From NCBI GenBank assembly GCA_965140415.1, contig OZ223209.1:64001-128000 (forward strand): DNA of 64,000 bases. The letters run 5' to 3'. A model generated the notes under the pieces. It searched no databases and was not told the DNA's origin. It was given only the letters and a program-made list of their open reading frames with translations. Below are positions 20,079-29,824 of the stretch, in pieces; the first letter of the stretch is position 1; each line of letters starts with the position of its first letter. Made by a program: the position numbers and the translations under genes. Origin of the DNA: Myxococcota bacterium. GTDB taxonomy: Bacteria; Myxococcota_A; SURF-8.

Positions 20079-20193
20079 CGGTTTTCCCCTGTTGTTTGTA
20101 CTGCATCTACTGGTGTTTCCAATTACCGCAGAGATTCTCACACGGAACGCCTATTTTGTCAACGTGATGTCGTTATGGGATAGGTCCTAGGCC

Positions 20194-21381
20194 TGAGTAG
20201 TCCCCAGTCATTTTGAAAAGGCCGAGACATAAGATACCTTTGGGTTGCTGAATTCCCAGTTTAGGAGGTGTTTCATGCTCGGCCCGAATCGTATTCTGGA
20301 TTGGATTGTTGAAAATGTAAAGCCAAAGCGTCGATCTCGTCAGAAAACGCTGGCCGTCATCGTATATTCAGCGCTTCAGATGCGAGGTGTCGGCGTTTTG
20401 TCCCTGGGTCGCATGCTACCCGGTCACACCACGGCCAAGCACGCGATAAAGCGTGTCTGGCGTTTCTTCCGTAACAAACGTTTGGAAATCGAAAGCCTTC
20501 ATCTGAGCCTTGCCCACCTTCTGACTCCCCATAACGCGCCGGTCGTGATCTTGCTGGACTGGACGGTTTACGGCTCCTTCCAAACCTTGGCGGCGGCTTT
20601 GCCGAGGGATGGTCGCGCCATGCCGATCTGGTGGAAGACCATCTATGTCAAAAGTGGGGAGGGGGGCATGAAAGCGGTTGAACGCGAAACGCTGTGGGCG
20701 ATTCATGCGATGTTTCCCTTTCGTAAAGACCTGATTCTGATTGCCGATCGTGGTTTTGGAAATACCCGTTGGATCAGGGATATACAAAAATGGGGATGGG
20801 GGTATGTGCAACGGATGTCCGGTTCCGTATATATCGAAAATGCCTAGTATTATCGCGCCTTGAAGGACTTACCCGTCACTCGCGGAGCCAAGAGTCGAGA
20901 TTGGGGGAATATGCTATTGAGTAAAGAAAATCCTACGCAGGTTCGTCTTGTCAGTACGTGAAGCCAGGAAGCGAAACAGCCGTGGTTTCTGGCCACCAAT
21001 CTGGATCGTATCCCGCCGAAAATCGTGCGCTTGTATCAGCGGCGAATGTGGATCGAGGAGATGTTTCGCGACTTGAAAAACCGAAAGTGGGGATTGGGAT
21101 TTGCCGATTCGAGATTGGCCGCACCCGAGAGGGAGGATCGGCGCTGGTGCGCGCTGGTGCTGGCGTATCTCTTTCTTTGCGCCTATGGTGCGTTGGCCGA
21201 AAAGTCGGGACTGGATCGCAACATGCGACAGGATACGGCGTATAACCGCGCCATGAACCTCGCCCGGCTGGGAGCCGCCGTGCTGGCCGTCGCCGTCTAT
21301 CCCCTCTCGGATGCCATTGTCGCATTGAACGACATCCCACCATAAGTCAAGGTAGATTTTCGCAAAACTGGGGACTACTCA
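20194..21381 (+). mobile_element. IS4-family element C (decayed)
   Basis: 15-bp IR TGAGTAGTCCCCAGT / ACTGGGGACTACTCA; no clear target duplication. Confidence 0.85.
20275..21345 (+). pseudogene. IS4-family transposase with two in-frame stops
   Basis: One continuous frame with LLDWT, IADRGF, PWFLATNL and YQRRMWIEEMFRDLK, interrupted by TAG 20845-20847 and TGA 20959-20961. Confidence 0.9.
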
Positions 21382-21827
21382 TGGCGATTGCATTCTATTT
21401 TCCAAGTTTTAGAATGGCGCTCCAAATGGGAGTAGAGTCCATAGCCAGCGCGCGCAATGTTTTTGCGAATCCGGCTTTTCCCCGTAATCTTTGAAGCAGA
21501 GCCAAAACCTGAGATCTCAGCATCGACGTTAGCAGGACCGCATTGGGGGACTGAAGCGCGTGTCGATCCTCTTTCAAAGCGGCGGCTTTGATCGAGAATG
21601 AGGTTTCGATTGACCAATGGTTCAGATGTATGGAGAATAATGATTGTGCGTCGGCGGGCAAGCTGGATAGAGCATAATGGTTGGTGACCGTTGCAAAGCA
21701 TGGCGGCGGTATAACCAAGTAAAAGACCGGCCAACTTGTGTCGCTGCCCTTGGCCACGTCTCGGGTCGGGAATACGCTGGAAAGCGTCGAAAAGATCCTG
21801 GAAAAGGGAGTCGATTAAAAAAGAGAA
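21380..21827 (-). mobile_element. ISAs1-derived internally deleted mini-element, copy 1 (one end missing)
   Basis: End CATGGCGATTGCATTCTA; near-identical inverted copy of about 33107-33556; transposase fragments IPDPRR...RHKL and HWSIE...EDR. Confidence 0.8.
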
Positions 21828-21888
21828 GAGAGAAAGCGATCGCGTTCTCCAACCCATTCAACGCACTGAACACCTACCGTGACGACGG

Positions 21889-23892
21889 TTACAAAATATC
21901 TAACTTATCCAGGATCTTCAAGTATTTAATGAATGATTGGATTTCCACCGGTAACGCCAGTTGCTGGATACCATCTTGCGCCAGAATCGACAATCCGATT
22001 TTACCGATTTTCACCATGCAGTCTTCATCCGGTTTGTTCGCATCGATGATTCTAAGACGCCACTCTTCGCGTATTGTTTCCGCACCACGACAAGGAGTCA
22101 AACTCATGGTCATGCTATTGTCATGGGGATGAAATTCTAAATTCGATATGACGTGCCTGCCAAAAGTGCGGTCAGGATAAAAACCTGGATCCAGCAAATA
22201 GGTCAAAGCCCTGGCATAGGTTGGAATCTGGGAGGATTTCCCGTCTCCTTCCGATTCTGCCATCACCCAATCCCAAATCTGCCCGGAAACGGCAGAATTG
22301 GCGGCATCGGACCGCAAACGGGTGGAGCCGAGAGCTTTCTGCCGAATGGAAAAGAGATCCGGCAGTTCTGGAACCATGGAAGATTCAATAATATGGGCTG
22401 CAAATTTATTGACCAGTTCATCATTGTTCATGCTGACCAACCGGTTATGGAAATGCGAGATAAAATGGATCAAGCGCCGATAGCGGATTTCAGGGGAACC
22501 CGCCGGACTGTCTGCCTGCCATGCAAATCCCAAGTGGTTATCCTGCGCACAGGACCAATCCATCGGTTGGTTCTTCACCCGTATCAACGGCATAATGTTG
22601 ATTCTGTGAACCAACCCGTTATTTAGCGCCCATTCCAAAAACTTAATGGTGTCATAGAATTCGGCTTCCGTTTCATCCGGCCAACCGATGATGACATCCA
22701 GCGCGATATTCAAAGCCGATCCGCAGGCTTCGGCAAGTGTCAATAGCACGTTTCTTACCGACTCGACATTGCCCGGTTTTCGCATTGCGCGACGCACCCG
22801 ATCCGACCCGCTTTCCAGTCCGATATTGAAGCTGATAAATCCCGCCTGTGCCAATAATTTTGCACGTTCCGGTGTTATGCTTTCATTTGCAATAATGTTC
22901 ACACGCTCGAAAATGCAATCCTCCCAGTGCTCCTCAATGATCAACTCGCACAGCCTGTCAAGATTCTTGGGGTAACTATTGATTGCTGCATCTGCGAAAA
23001 TAAAAACAAGATCCTTTAAGCTTCGACCATACTGTTCGGTCCAAGATTTTCTTACATAACGAAGTGCTTCAACTATTGTTTTTGGATCACCTTGTACCGT
23101 ATGAGAATAAAGCGTCTTATTTAAACAAAATCCGCAATTTCTTGGACATCCAAGTGTAAGCAGAAAAGGTACTAGTGCAATTTCATCCGGTTTGAATAAT
23201 GGCAAGATCTTTTGGTACTCAATCATAGGGAGAGAAGAAAGCCAGCGCTTTGCAGTTGAAGCGTCCGTACCCTCCTTGAAATTAATACGATCATGGTACC
23301 TTTCATTGAACCAGACACCGGGCAACGGAGCTGATAACGTCTTTTCCTCATTCATGAGAAAGTCGAAAATGTCTGCCGGGTCCGTTTGATTGAATCCGTG
23401 CATGACAGCGTCAATCGTATTTTCTTGCAACATCTCGGGCGCATACATGGCATGGGGACCGCCCAGCACAATAATGGATTCCGGTCTCCTTTGTTTCAGA
23501 AGCCGGGCGATTGCCATCGTGAAATAGGCGTTGTTGATCCAAACCGAGAATCCGAAGATATGCTGATTTCCAGCCAGCAATGTTTGAAGAATGCGTTCCA
23601 CTAATTCCGAATGCCGCTCAATCAACTCATTGGTAACTCGCTCTAATTCCTCCGCTTCTTTCGATTCTAAAAAGAACCCGTACGCACATTGCAAGATTAG
23701 ATCATCCGGAGGAGATGGAAAGTCTGGTACTAGAACCATACGGGAATCGATTCCATCGTTGTGAAGTTGTTGCAGGACGATACACAATCCGACTGGAATC
23801 GGACAAAAACCATCCAGATTGAAAGGCGGCATAATAGAAAGAATAACCTCATCTTGGATAGAAGTATGGGGATTTCGACTGGACATATACAT
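21889..23892 (-). CDS. cobalamin-binding radical SAM protein with C-terminal extension
   Basis: IFGFSVW...IIVLGGPH (B12 domain), GCPRNCGFC, IGLESGSDRVRRAMRK, IIGWPDETE. Confidence 0.88.
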   Translation of the reverse strand: MYMSSRNPHTSIQDEVILSIMPPFNLDGFCPIPVGLCIVLQQLHNDGIDSRMVLVPDFPSPPDDLILQCAYGFFLESKEAEELERVTNELIERHSELVERILQTLLAGNQHIFGFSVWINNAYFTMAIARLLKQRRPESIIVLGGPHAMYAPEMLQENTIDAVMHGFNQTDPADIFDFLMNEEKTLSAPLPGVWFNERYHDRINFKEGTDASTAKRWLSSLPMIEYQKILPLFKPDEIALVPFLLTLGCPRNCGFCLNKTLYSHTVQGDPKTIVEALRYVRKSWTEQYGRSLKDLVFIFADAAINSYPKNLDRLCELIIEEHWEDCIFERVNIIANESITPERAKLLAQAGFISFNIGLESGSDRVRRAMRKPGNVESVRNVLLTLAEACGSALNIALDVIIGWPDETEAEFYDTIKFLEWALNNGLVHRINIMPLIRVKNQPMDWSCAQDNHLGFAWQADSPAGSPEIRYRRLIHFISHFHNRLVSMNNDELVNKFAAHIIESSMVPELPDLFSIRQKALGSTRLRSDAANSAVSGQIWDWVMAESEGDGKSSQIPTYARALTYLLDPGFYPDRTFGRHVISNLEFHPHDNSMTMSLTPCRGAETIREEWRLRIIDANKPDEDCMVKIGKIGLSILAQDGIQQLALPVEIQSFIKYLKILDKLDIL

Positions 23893-24186
23893 CGCCTCGC
23901 AGTTTGGATTTTTATGAGTTTCGAAAACACCCGCTATTGCAAAAATCACGTTTTGTAATTTCTTGTAATTCAGTATATTGCTACCACAATCTGAACTGTG
24001 GATGAAATCGAAAAATGCTGTGTCTAAAGTAGTATAAAAAAGCGATTAGGTCCAATAAAACGCAATTTCCCATCTGGATAATGCGTTTTCACAGATTCAC
24101 TCGATTTCTTAGAAAGAGATTTCGCAAAAACGTTTCAGCCCCCACCATCAGTTCAGATTTCACCGCGCATTGCCGCGCGAAACCAC

Positions 24187-25785
24187 TTATGTATACAGCC
24201 GCTTATCATATGCCGAAACGTTGTGTCCCAAGGCTGCGAATGCACCCGATTCGATCATGTAGCGGTAGAAGTCGTTTTTCTCCCCTTTTAACAGCAACGC
24301 TTCCTGCCGGAACCAGTCGAGATCGACGTGCTGCTTCACCGGTTTTCCGTCCAACAGAGTCTGGTAGATCTTGATGTGCTCCGGAATCGTGTCGCGGGCG
24401 TCGGTTTGCGACACCGCCCATTCCCGGCTTTTCGCTCCGAGTTGGCCCAGTTCACCACTGCGCTTCATTTCAACACAACGCTCAATGGTGGCGACCAGAT
24501 CGTTTCGCTTCTCGATCGGCAGGATCGGGGGATCTTCGCGGTCGCGATTCAGCTCTTCCGTCGAGTAGACGATCAAGGGAGTTTCCCAGCACATCATTTC
24601 GATACCGAAAAGCCCAAACGTGCCGATGGAGACCTGGTCTACAGCCACATCCGCGTGAGCGTACAACCTGCGGGCTTCATCGGGGGCGACCTGCGAAACA
24701 TACAACACTTCGATCGGCAGCCCCTTCTTCTTCAATTGCTCCAGCACATCCAGAATCAGCTGCGAGCCTTTCTTCCAGTTCGCCGATGGTGCGTGCAATA
24801 CATACAGCTTTTCCGGATCTTTATCGATGGGATACTCCCGTTGCAAGCGCTGTTTTTCTTCCAGTGACCATTCCTTCGTATCCGCAAAACCAGGAAAAAA
24901 CAGATAGCGCGGCAGACAGGTAATGCCCAGAAAGACATCCGCGTACTGGTTCATGTACTTCATTCGCAGAAACTGCTCCCAATTGTGAAAGTAGGGCGCA
25001 GGGGGATCGTAGCCCAAGAATCGGGCCTGATGATAAAAGATGACTTCTACGGAACGACTGTCGCTGCCCCAGAAAGAGAAGAGGATTTTCTTACCCCGCT
25101 CTTTCAGTTCCGGCAGTTCGTGCATGTCCAGGTACAGGGATTGTGCGAAATGAAAATGAAAAATATCGTACTCGTCCATAGCCCGCCTGGCGAACTCATC
25201 CACCTTCGCCACCGCTTCCTTTTCCGGCAGGGCGTTGACGTTTAAATTGACATCGCAATGATAGTTGAGCCAGGAACCATAATAATTCGCGCTGGTGGCG
25301 TTCACCCCATGCTCGCGCAACAGGCGGGAGAAACGGCCCATCACACCGGCAATTTCAAAGGGAGCATGCAGCACCCGTGCGCCTCCGAGTGGATCGTCGT
25401 CGCTGAAATTTCGTTTTATAATTTTGGGTTGGGACGAGTTGACGGCCTGCGCCTGCCGGAGAAGATCGCTCAATTCCGCATCGCCGGGATGCTGCTCTAA
25501 GCAGAGTGCAAGCGGCTTTACGGCGTCACCCAAACGCTCCTGCACTTTCAGCACTTCCGCCAGATTCAGAGCGGCGTCCTTGTTTCCGGGTTGCAACGAA
25601 AGCGCCTGCTGCAATGCCTGTGTGGCCTGCTCCACCTCTCCCTGCTGCCACAATATCGTTCCCAGACCGTTATAGGCTTCGGCGCTGTCGGGTTGCTCTT
25701 TCAGTAAACTCCGAAGCAAGTGAACCGCTTCGGTTAACTTTCCCTGCGAAAAGAGTTGTTCGGCTTGTGTGAGTTTATCGTTCAT
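24187..25785 (-). CDS. TPR-repeat glycosyltransferase (GT-B, family 1/4-like)
   Basis: N-terminal TPRs (AEAYNGLG...), YDIFHFHF, FWGSDSR, VLHAPS..KKGS, DVAVDQ...GLFGIEMM. Confidence 0.82.
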   Translation of the reverse strand: MNDKLTQAEQLFSQGKLTEAVHLLRSLLKEQPDSAEAYNGLGTILWQQGEVEQATQALQQALSLQPGNKDAALNLAEVLKVQERLGDAVKPLALCLEQHPGDAELSDLLRQAQAVNSSQPKIIKRNFSDDDPLGGARVLHAPFEIAGVMGRFSRLLREHGVNATSANYYGSWLNYHCDVNLNVNALPEKEAVAKVDEFARRAMDEYDIFHFHFAQSLYLDMHELPELKERGKKILFSFWGSDSRSVEVIFYHQARFLGYDPPAPYFHNWEQFLRMKYMNQYADVFLGITCLPRYLFFPGFADTKEWSLEEKQRLQREYPIDKDPEKLYVLHAPSANWKKGSQLILDVLEQLKKKGLPIEVLYVSQVAPDEARRLYAHADVAVDQVSIGTFGLFGIEMMCWETPLIVYSTEELNRDREDPPILPIEKRNDLVATIERCVEMKRSGELGQLGAKSREWAVSQTDARDTIPEHIKIYQTLLDGKPVKQHVDLDWFRQEALLLKGEKNDFYRYMIESGAFAALGHNVSAYDKRLYT

Positions 25786-26590
25786 GAGACTCCGTAAGGT
25801 TTAATAGTGCAGCCAGATTGCGCCCCAGTACGTTTTCCAATTTTTCCTGCTCCAGCCCCTCGGCGATTTCGAACAGACAGTTCAGCGCTTGATTCGGTGT
25901 ATATTCGGGCATATCCGAACCCCAGATCAGGCGACGGTCGAAAAGGAAGAGCAACTGGCGGATATCCGCCCGGATGGAGCTTTCGAAATAGCGCGGCAAT
26001 ATCAGCGAGAGATCCAGGTAGGCGTTGGGACAATCCCGAATCGCTTCGTAGCAGTGCAGCAGTTGCGAGGCGCAGCCGTGCAATAAAACGAAGGTCAGTT
26101 TTTCGAAATTCGTGATCAACTGATGAATGCTCTCCACCGGCGTTTTCGACAGGTGTACGCGCCGCGAATGGAATAGCGTATCCAGCCAGATGGCCGGAGG
26201 ACGTTCCCAGTCGCACAGTTCCTCATACAACGCCATACAGCGCGTATCCAATGGGTCGTAACCGTTCAAGCGCGGATGCAGCTTTAAAACGGGCGCACAT
26301 AACGGTTTGATTTCCTGCTGAAAAGCGCGCCGGGCGGCGTCTTCGTTTTCATACGCCGCCGGGTTGAAACTCACTCCGGCGATCAGGCGATCGTCATGCT
26401 GGGCGCAGGCATTCAAAACGAATTCGTTTTCGATGTGATCCGCCAGCGCCACCACCACCGCACGTTCGATTTGCGCCGCATCCATTTCGGTTAGCAGCCG
26501 CGACAACGAGGCGTCGTGCTGCGTACCGAACCAGTTTCCATCCGGCGTAAGATGCGTAATGGAATCGATGCGTTTCGCAGAGCCGCTCAT
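25775..26590 (-). CDS. amidohydrolase_2 family metal-dependent hydrolase
   Basis: IDSITH, LKLHPR, VLLHG, NAYLDLS, RLIWGSDMP. Confidence 0.88.
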   Translation of the reverse strand: MSGSAKRIDSITHLTPDGNWFGTQHDASLSRLLTEMDAAQIERAVVVALADHIENEFVLNACAQHDDRLIAGVSFNPAAYENEDAARRAFQQEIKPLCAPVLKLHPRLNGYDPLDTRCMALYEELCDWERPPAIWLDTLFHSRRVHLSKTPVESIHQLITNFEKLTFVLLHGCASQLLHCYEAIRDCPNAYLDLSLILPRYFESSIRADIRQLLFLFDRRLIWGSDMPEYTPNQALNCLFEIAEGLEQEKLENVLGRNLAALLNLTESHER

Positions 26591-27831
26591 CGCCCGCCTC
26601 CCAGGTGATTCTCGACGACCGGCTTAGTTGGTTGATCGTCCGGTGGTGCCACTTCGAAGCGCACGAGTTCCTCCACCTGCCGCAGGCAATCCTCCGCCTG
26701 ACTCCGCGTTTGTGTCAATACAACCAGATAACCGCTGCGTTGCAGGCTGTTCGCCAGTTCCGGGATGCTCTCGCCTGGCTGCCGCAAAGCGCCGATCGCA
26801 GCCACGCCCGGCAGTTTGGCGGCCTGGTCCAGGCCGTGGATATCTACCAGCAGACCCGGTTCGGGACAGAAGAAGTGATAAATGGCCGCACGGTTACAAG
26901 TCGGTTGGATGTCGGCCTGTTGCCCGGTCAATTGCCGCGCCCATTGTACAGGCATGTTTACGCCGGAGCACCATTGCACGATATGCGAGAAGATATGTCC
27001 GCCGCCGCCACGCGCGCCGCATTCCACCAAATGAATTTCGCCTGCTTCCGTAACGATCAATTCCGTATGCGCCGCGCCGATGTTGATGCCAAGCGCATTC
27101 ACGGCCTGAATGGCAAGTTCTTCCGCGCGCTTTAAAATGTCTTCATCGAATTGAGCGGGATAGAACAGATCGGTCGCCACGCGCGAAAGAAGCGGCGGCT
27201 TGATCTTGTCACTCATAGCCAGTACAAACGTTTCGCCGTGATCCGTCATCGATTCCACGGTCATTTCGATGCCTTCGATATATTGCTCGATCAGCACGCG
27301 CCCGTTGAGCGCAAAACGCCGTGCCAGCCGGTACGCCTTGGAAACCGCTTCTTCCTGCTTGATGATCAGGATGCCGCGTCCGCCACCGCCGCTGTAGGCG
27401 GGTTTGATGAGACAGGGGAAACCGATTTCACAAGCGGCTTGCTGCGCCTGCGCCTCATCCATCACCAGGCGAAAATCGGGCTGAGTGAGCCCTGCCTGCT
27501 TCCACTCTTGACGCATCAGACCTTTATCGGTAGCGCGCTTTGCGGTGCCTTCGTCGATGCCGGGCAATCCGAGTTGAGCGGCAGCATAGGCGGCGGAAGG
27601 TGTGGCGAAATCGTTTAGCGGCATGATGCCATCGACCGCATGTTCTCTGGCAGCGGTTAAAATCGCTTGTGGATCGGAAATGTCGGCCAGACAACGCTCC
27701 TTAGCAAAGGCGAAGGCGGGAGCCTGCGGGTTTTTGTCGGCGCAGACAACGTGGAATCCGGCTTCGGAAATCCGTCGCACCGAATCCGCCAGAAACAAGC
27801 CTCCTCCCAGAACCAGCAGTTTAGTCATCAT
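26587..27831 (-). CDS. ATP-grasp domain ligase
   Basis: LLVLGGG, TDKGLMR, FPCLIKP..GGGRGI, LIEQYIEG.EMTVE, HTELI, VECGARGGG. Confidence 0.9.
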   Translation of the reverse strand: MMTKLLVLGGGLFLADSVRRISEAGFHVVCADKNPQAPAFAFAKERCLADISDPQAILTAAREHAVDGIMPLNDFATPSAAYAAAQLGLPGIDEGTAKRATDKGLMRQEWKQAGLTQPDFRLVMDEAQAQQAACEIGFPCLIKPAYSGGGGRGILIIKQEEAVSKAYRLARRFALNGRVLIEQYIEGIEMTVESMTDHGETFVLAMSDKIKPPLLSRVATDLFYPAQFDEDILKRAEELAIQAVNALGINIGAAHTELIVTEAGEIHLVECGARGGGGHIFSHIVQWCSGVNMPVQWARQLTGQQADIQPTCNRAAIYHFFCPEPGLLVDIHGLDQAAKLPGVAAIGALRQPGESIPELANSLQRSGYLVVLTQTRSQAEDCLRQVEELVRFEVAPPDDQPTKPVVENHLGGGR

Positions 27832-28513
27832 TTGGCTCGCCGGGATCGATCAGTTTCATGAGGTCGGGATCGTTTTTGTATTCCTTCTTGCAGACGGTGC
27901 GGAAGGTGTCCCATTTGAGCGTGTCGATACAGAAAAACCAGATGTCCTCCTGCTTTTCGATAAACGCCAGCTTCTCCAGGAATTCCTCGGTTTGAAGTTT
28001 CTGCGGGATGACCACCACGCCGGAATCGTCGCAGACGGCGATGGCTCCCTCGTAAAGTTCGCGCCGCTGTTGCAACCAGGCTTCCGGTGCGGGCGTGTCG
28101 CTTTTGCGGTTGAAACAGCCGATCGGGGTGACGTCCTTGCACCAGATCGGCCAACGTTCCTTTATCAAGCGAGATGCGTCACGCAGGTAGCCGTCGGTGA
28201 CGATAGCCTCGGCTTTGCGGTAGAGCATGATGTATTTCGACACCAACGAACCGAACAGGGCGCGCTGTTCGCAGTCGAGCGCTTCGGCAATGACGATGTG
28301 CCCGTATGGAAGCTCTCGCAATTGTTCGTGTAATTCGTAATTGGTCTGGTTGTAGGCGTAAGCAAAGAAAACCGGTCCGACGCGAAAGTGCCCTGCCGTC
28401 AGCGGTCGTATTCCGGAGATTGCACCGCTTTTATTCATGCAGTCGGCGATTTCCGTAGTGCTGATGCGGTTGAGGCGGATTTGCTCGATGATACGCGCTT
28501 GCAGTTCGGACAT
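27821..28513 (-). CDS. RraA / HMG-aldolase family protein
   Basis: STTEIADCM, ALFGSLV, IVTDGYLRD, VCDDSGVVVIP; AGGAGAGG RBS. Confidence 0.88.
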   Translation of the reverse strand: MSELQARIIEQIRLNRISTTEIADCMNKSGAISGIRPLTAGHFRVGPVFFAYAYNQTNYELHEQLRELPYGHIVIAEALDCEQRALFGSLVSKYIMLYRKAEAIVTDGYLRDASRLIKERWPIWCKDVTPIGCFNRKSDTPAPEAWLQQRRELYEGAIAVCDDSGVVVIPQKLQTEEFLEKLAFIEKQEDIWFFCIDTLKWDTFRTVCKKEYKNDPDLMKLIDPGEPNDD

Positions 28514-28524
28514 CGTGGCCTCTC

Positions 28525-29823
28525 CTATTTTGTAGAGCCTTTCTCGATTTCCTTGGCCCGGCGTTGATCTTCCAGCAGGCTGTACAGTCCCCAGCAGCGG
28601 GCGCAACCCCGATAAGCACCATAGTGTTGCAAGTTGCGCCGTTGTTCCCGCATGACCTCGCCGTTCCAGATATCCATAATCTTGTCGTTATAGATATTTC
28701 CGGTTGGCGGCAACAGGCAATGATGAAACGCCCGTACGTCCCCGCTGGGATTGACCGTCAGATCGTACCATAGCACCCGGCAGCGCGGATTGTCCACCGG
28801 GAAGTCATTGGTTTGCACGTATTTGAGCAGGTGTTCGAGTTCGAAATTGGGACGGAAATGAATGCGGTAGCCTTCACTCTCCGGGTACTTTTCCTCTACA
28901 AGTTTCGCCTGTCTGCTCATTTCACCAAGATCGATCTGATCCAGGTGCACGCTCTGTACGGTCGATTCCTCAACCGGCGCACTGACTTGTGCATGCAGTT
29001 CGTTGTGTTCACGCGCCATTTCTTCCGTGGTGTACAATAGCCAGTGGAAGCTTACGAAAACGTCCTTTAAAATGCCTTCCTTCTCCAGCGCCTGCACCGT
29101 ATCGAGGATGTGGTTGTAGTTCAGATGCGTGATGGTGAAATAGAACCCGATCTGCGTGCGGGTGTTCAGTTCGCGACGGGCGGCGATCAGTTCCTTTACG
29201 CCGTCGATCATCTTGCGGAATGCGCCCGGCACCCGGCAGACTTCGTCGTGGGTTTCCTCCGGTCCATCCAGACTCAGCCGCACCGAATCGATATCCAATT
29301 CCACCATGCGCCGCGCATGCCGCTTGAGGTTGAATCCGTTGGTTAAAAGCCAGAAGGGCATCTGGCGGCTTTTCGTGTATTCCAACAGTGGAATCAAATG
29401 CTTGTATAACATCGGCTCGCGGTAGGAAGCACGGACGATCGGGCGGCTCCAGGCCACTTGATCGACCATCGATTTGAGCGCATCGAAATCCAGTTCGATA
29501 TTGCGGCTGTCATCGACGACGTTGTACTTGTAGTAAAAAGTGTCGTCGCGATCCATGCCGAAATCGCAATAACTGCATTTCAAATTGCAGGTATTGTTGA
29601 CGCACAGATTGATCGTGTGCGGCGGCAAGGCATAACCGTCGGGCAAGGTCCAGTAATTGACATATTGCAGAAAATACTTGGAACGCGCCGAGTGCTGCGA
29701 TTGCAGCCCGAGCCGGTCGAAATATTCACAGAATTCCCAGTATGCCCGGCGCACTTCGCGCCCCTGCTCGGTCAGATGCGTTTCAGTCAGCCATTCTTCC
29801 GGCTTGACGGTTAGAAAATCCAT
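28525..29823 (-). CDS. radical SAM protein with twitch/SPASM domain
   Basis: CNLKCSYC, LTNG, SLDGPEETHD, CRVLW..LTVNPSGDV...C...GNI....IMDIWNG...CARC. Confidence 0.9.
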   Translation of the reverse strand: MDFLTVKPEEWLTETHLTEQGREVRRAYWEFCEYFDRLGLQSQHSARSKYFLQYVNYWTLPDGYALPPHTINLCVNNTCNLKCSYCDFGMDRDDTFYYKYNVVDDSRNIELDFDALKSMVDQVAWSRPIVRASYREPMLYKHLIPLLEYTKSRQMPFWLLTNGFNLKRHARRMVELDIDSVRLSLDGPEETHDEVCRVPGAFRKMIDGVKELIAARRELNTRTQIGFYFTITHLNYNHILDTVQALEKEGILKDVFVSFHWLLYTTEEMAREHNELHAQVSAPVEESTVQSVHLDQIDLGEMSRQAKLVEEKYPESEGYRIHFRPNFELEHLLKYVQTNDFPVDNPRCRVLWYDLTVNPSGDVRAFHHCLLPPTGNIYNDKIMDIWNGEVMREQRRNLQHYGAYRGCARCWGLYSLLEDQRRAKEIEKGSTK

Positions 29824-29824
29824 T

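Noticed and set aside
20845-20961. Stop-codon recoding (Pyl, Sec or an alternative genetic code) in IS-C
   Set aside because: TAG and TGA act as normal stops in other genes here, so simple pseudogenisation explains it.
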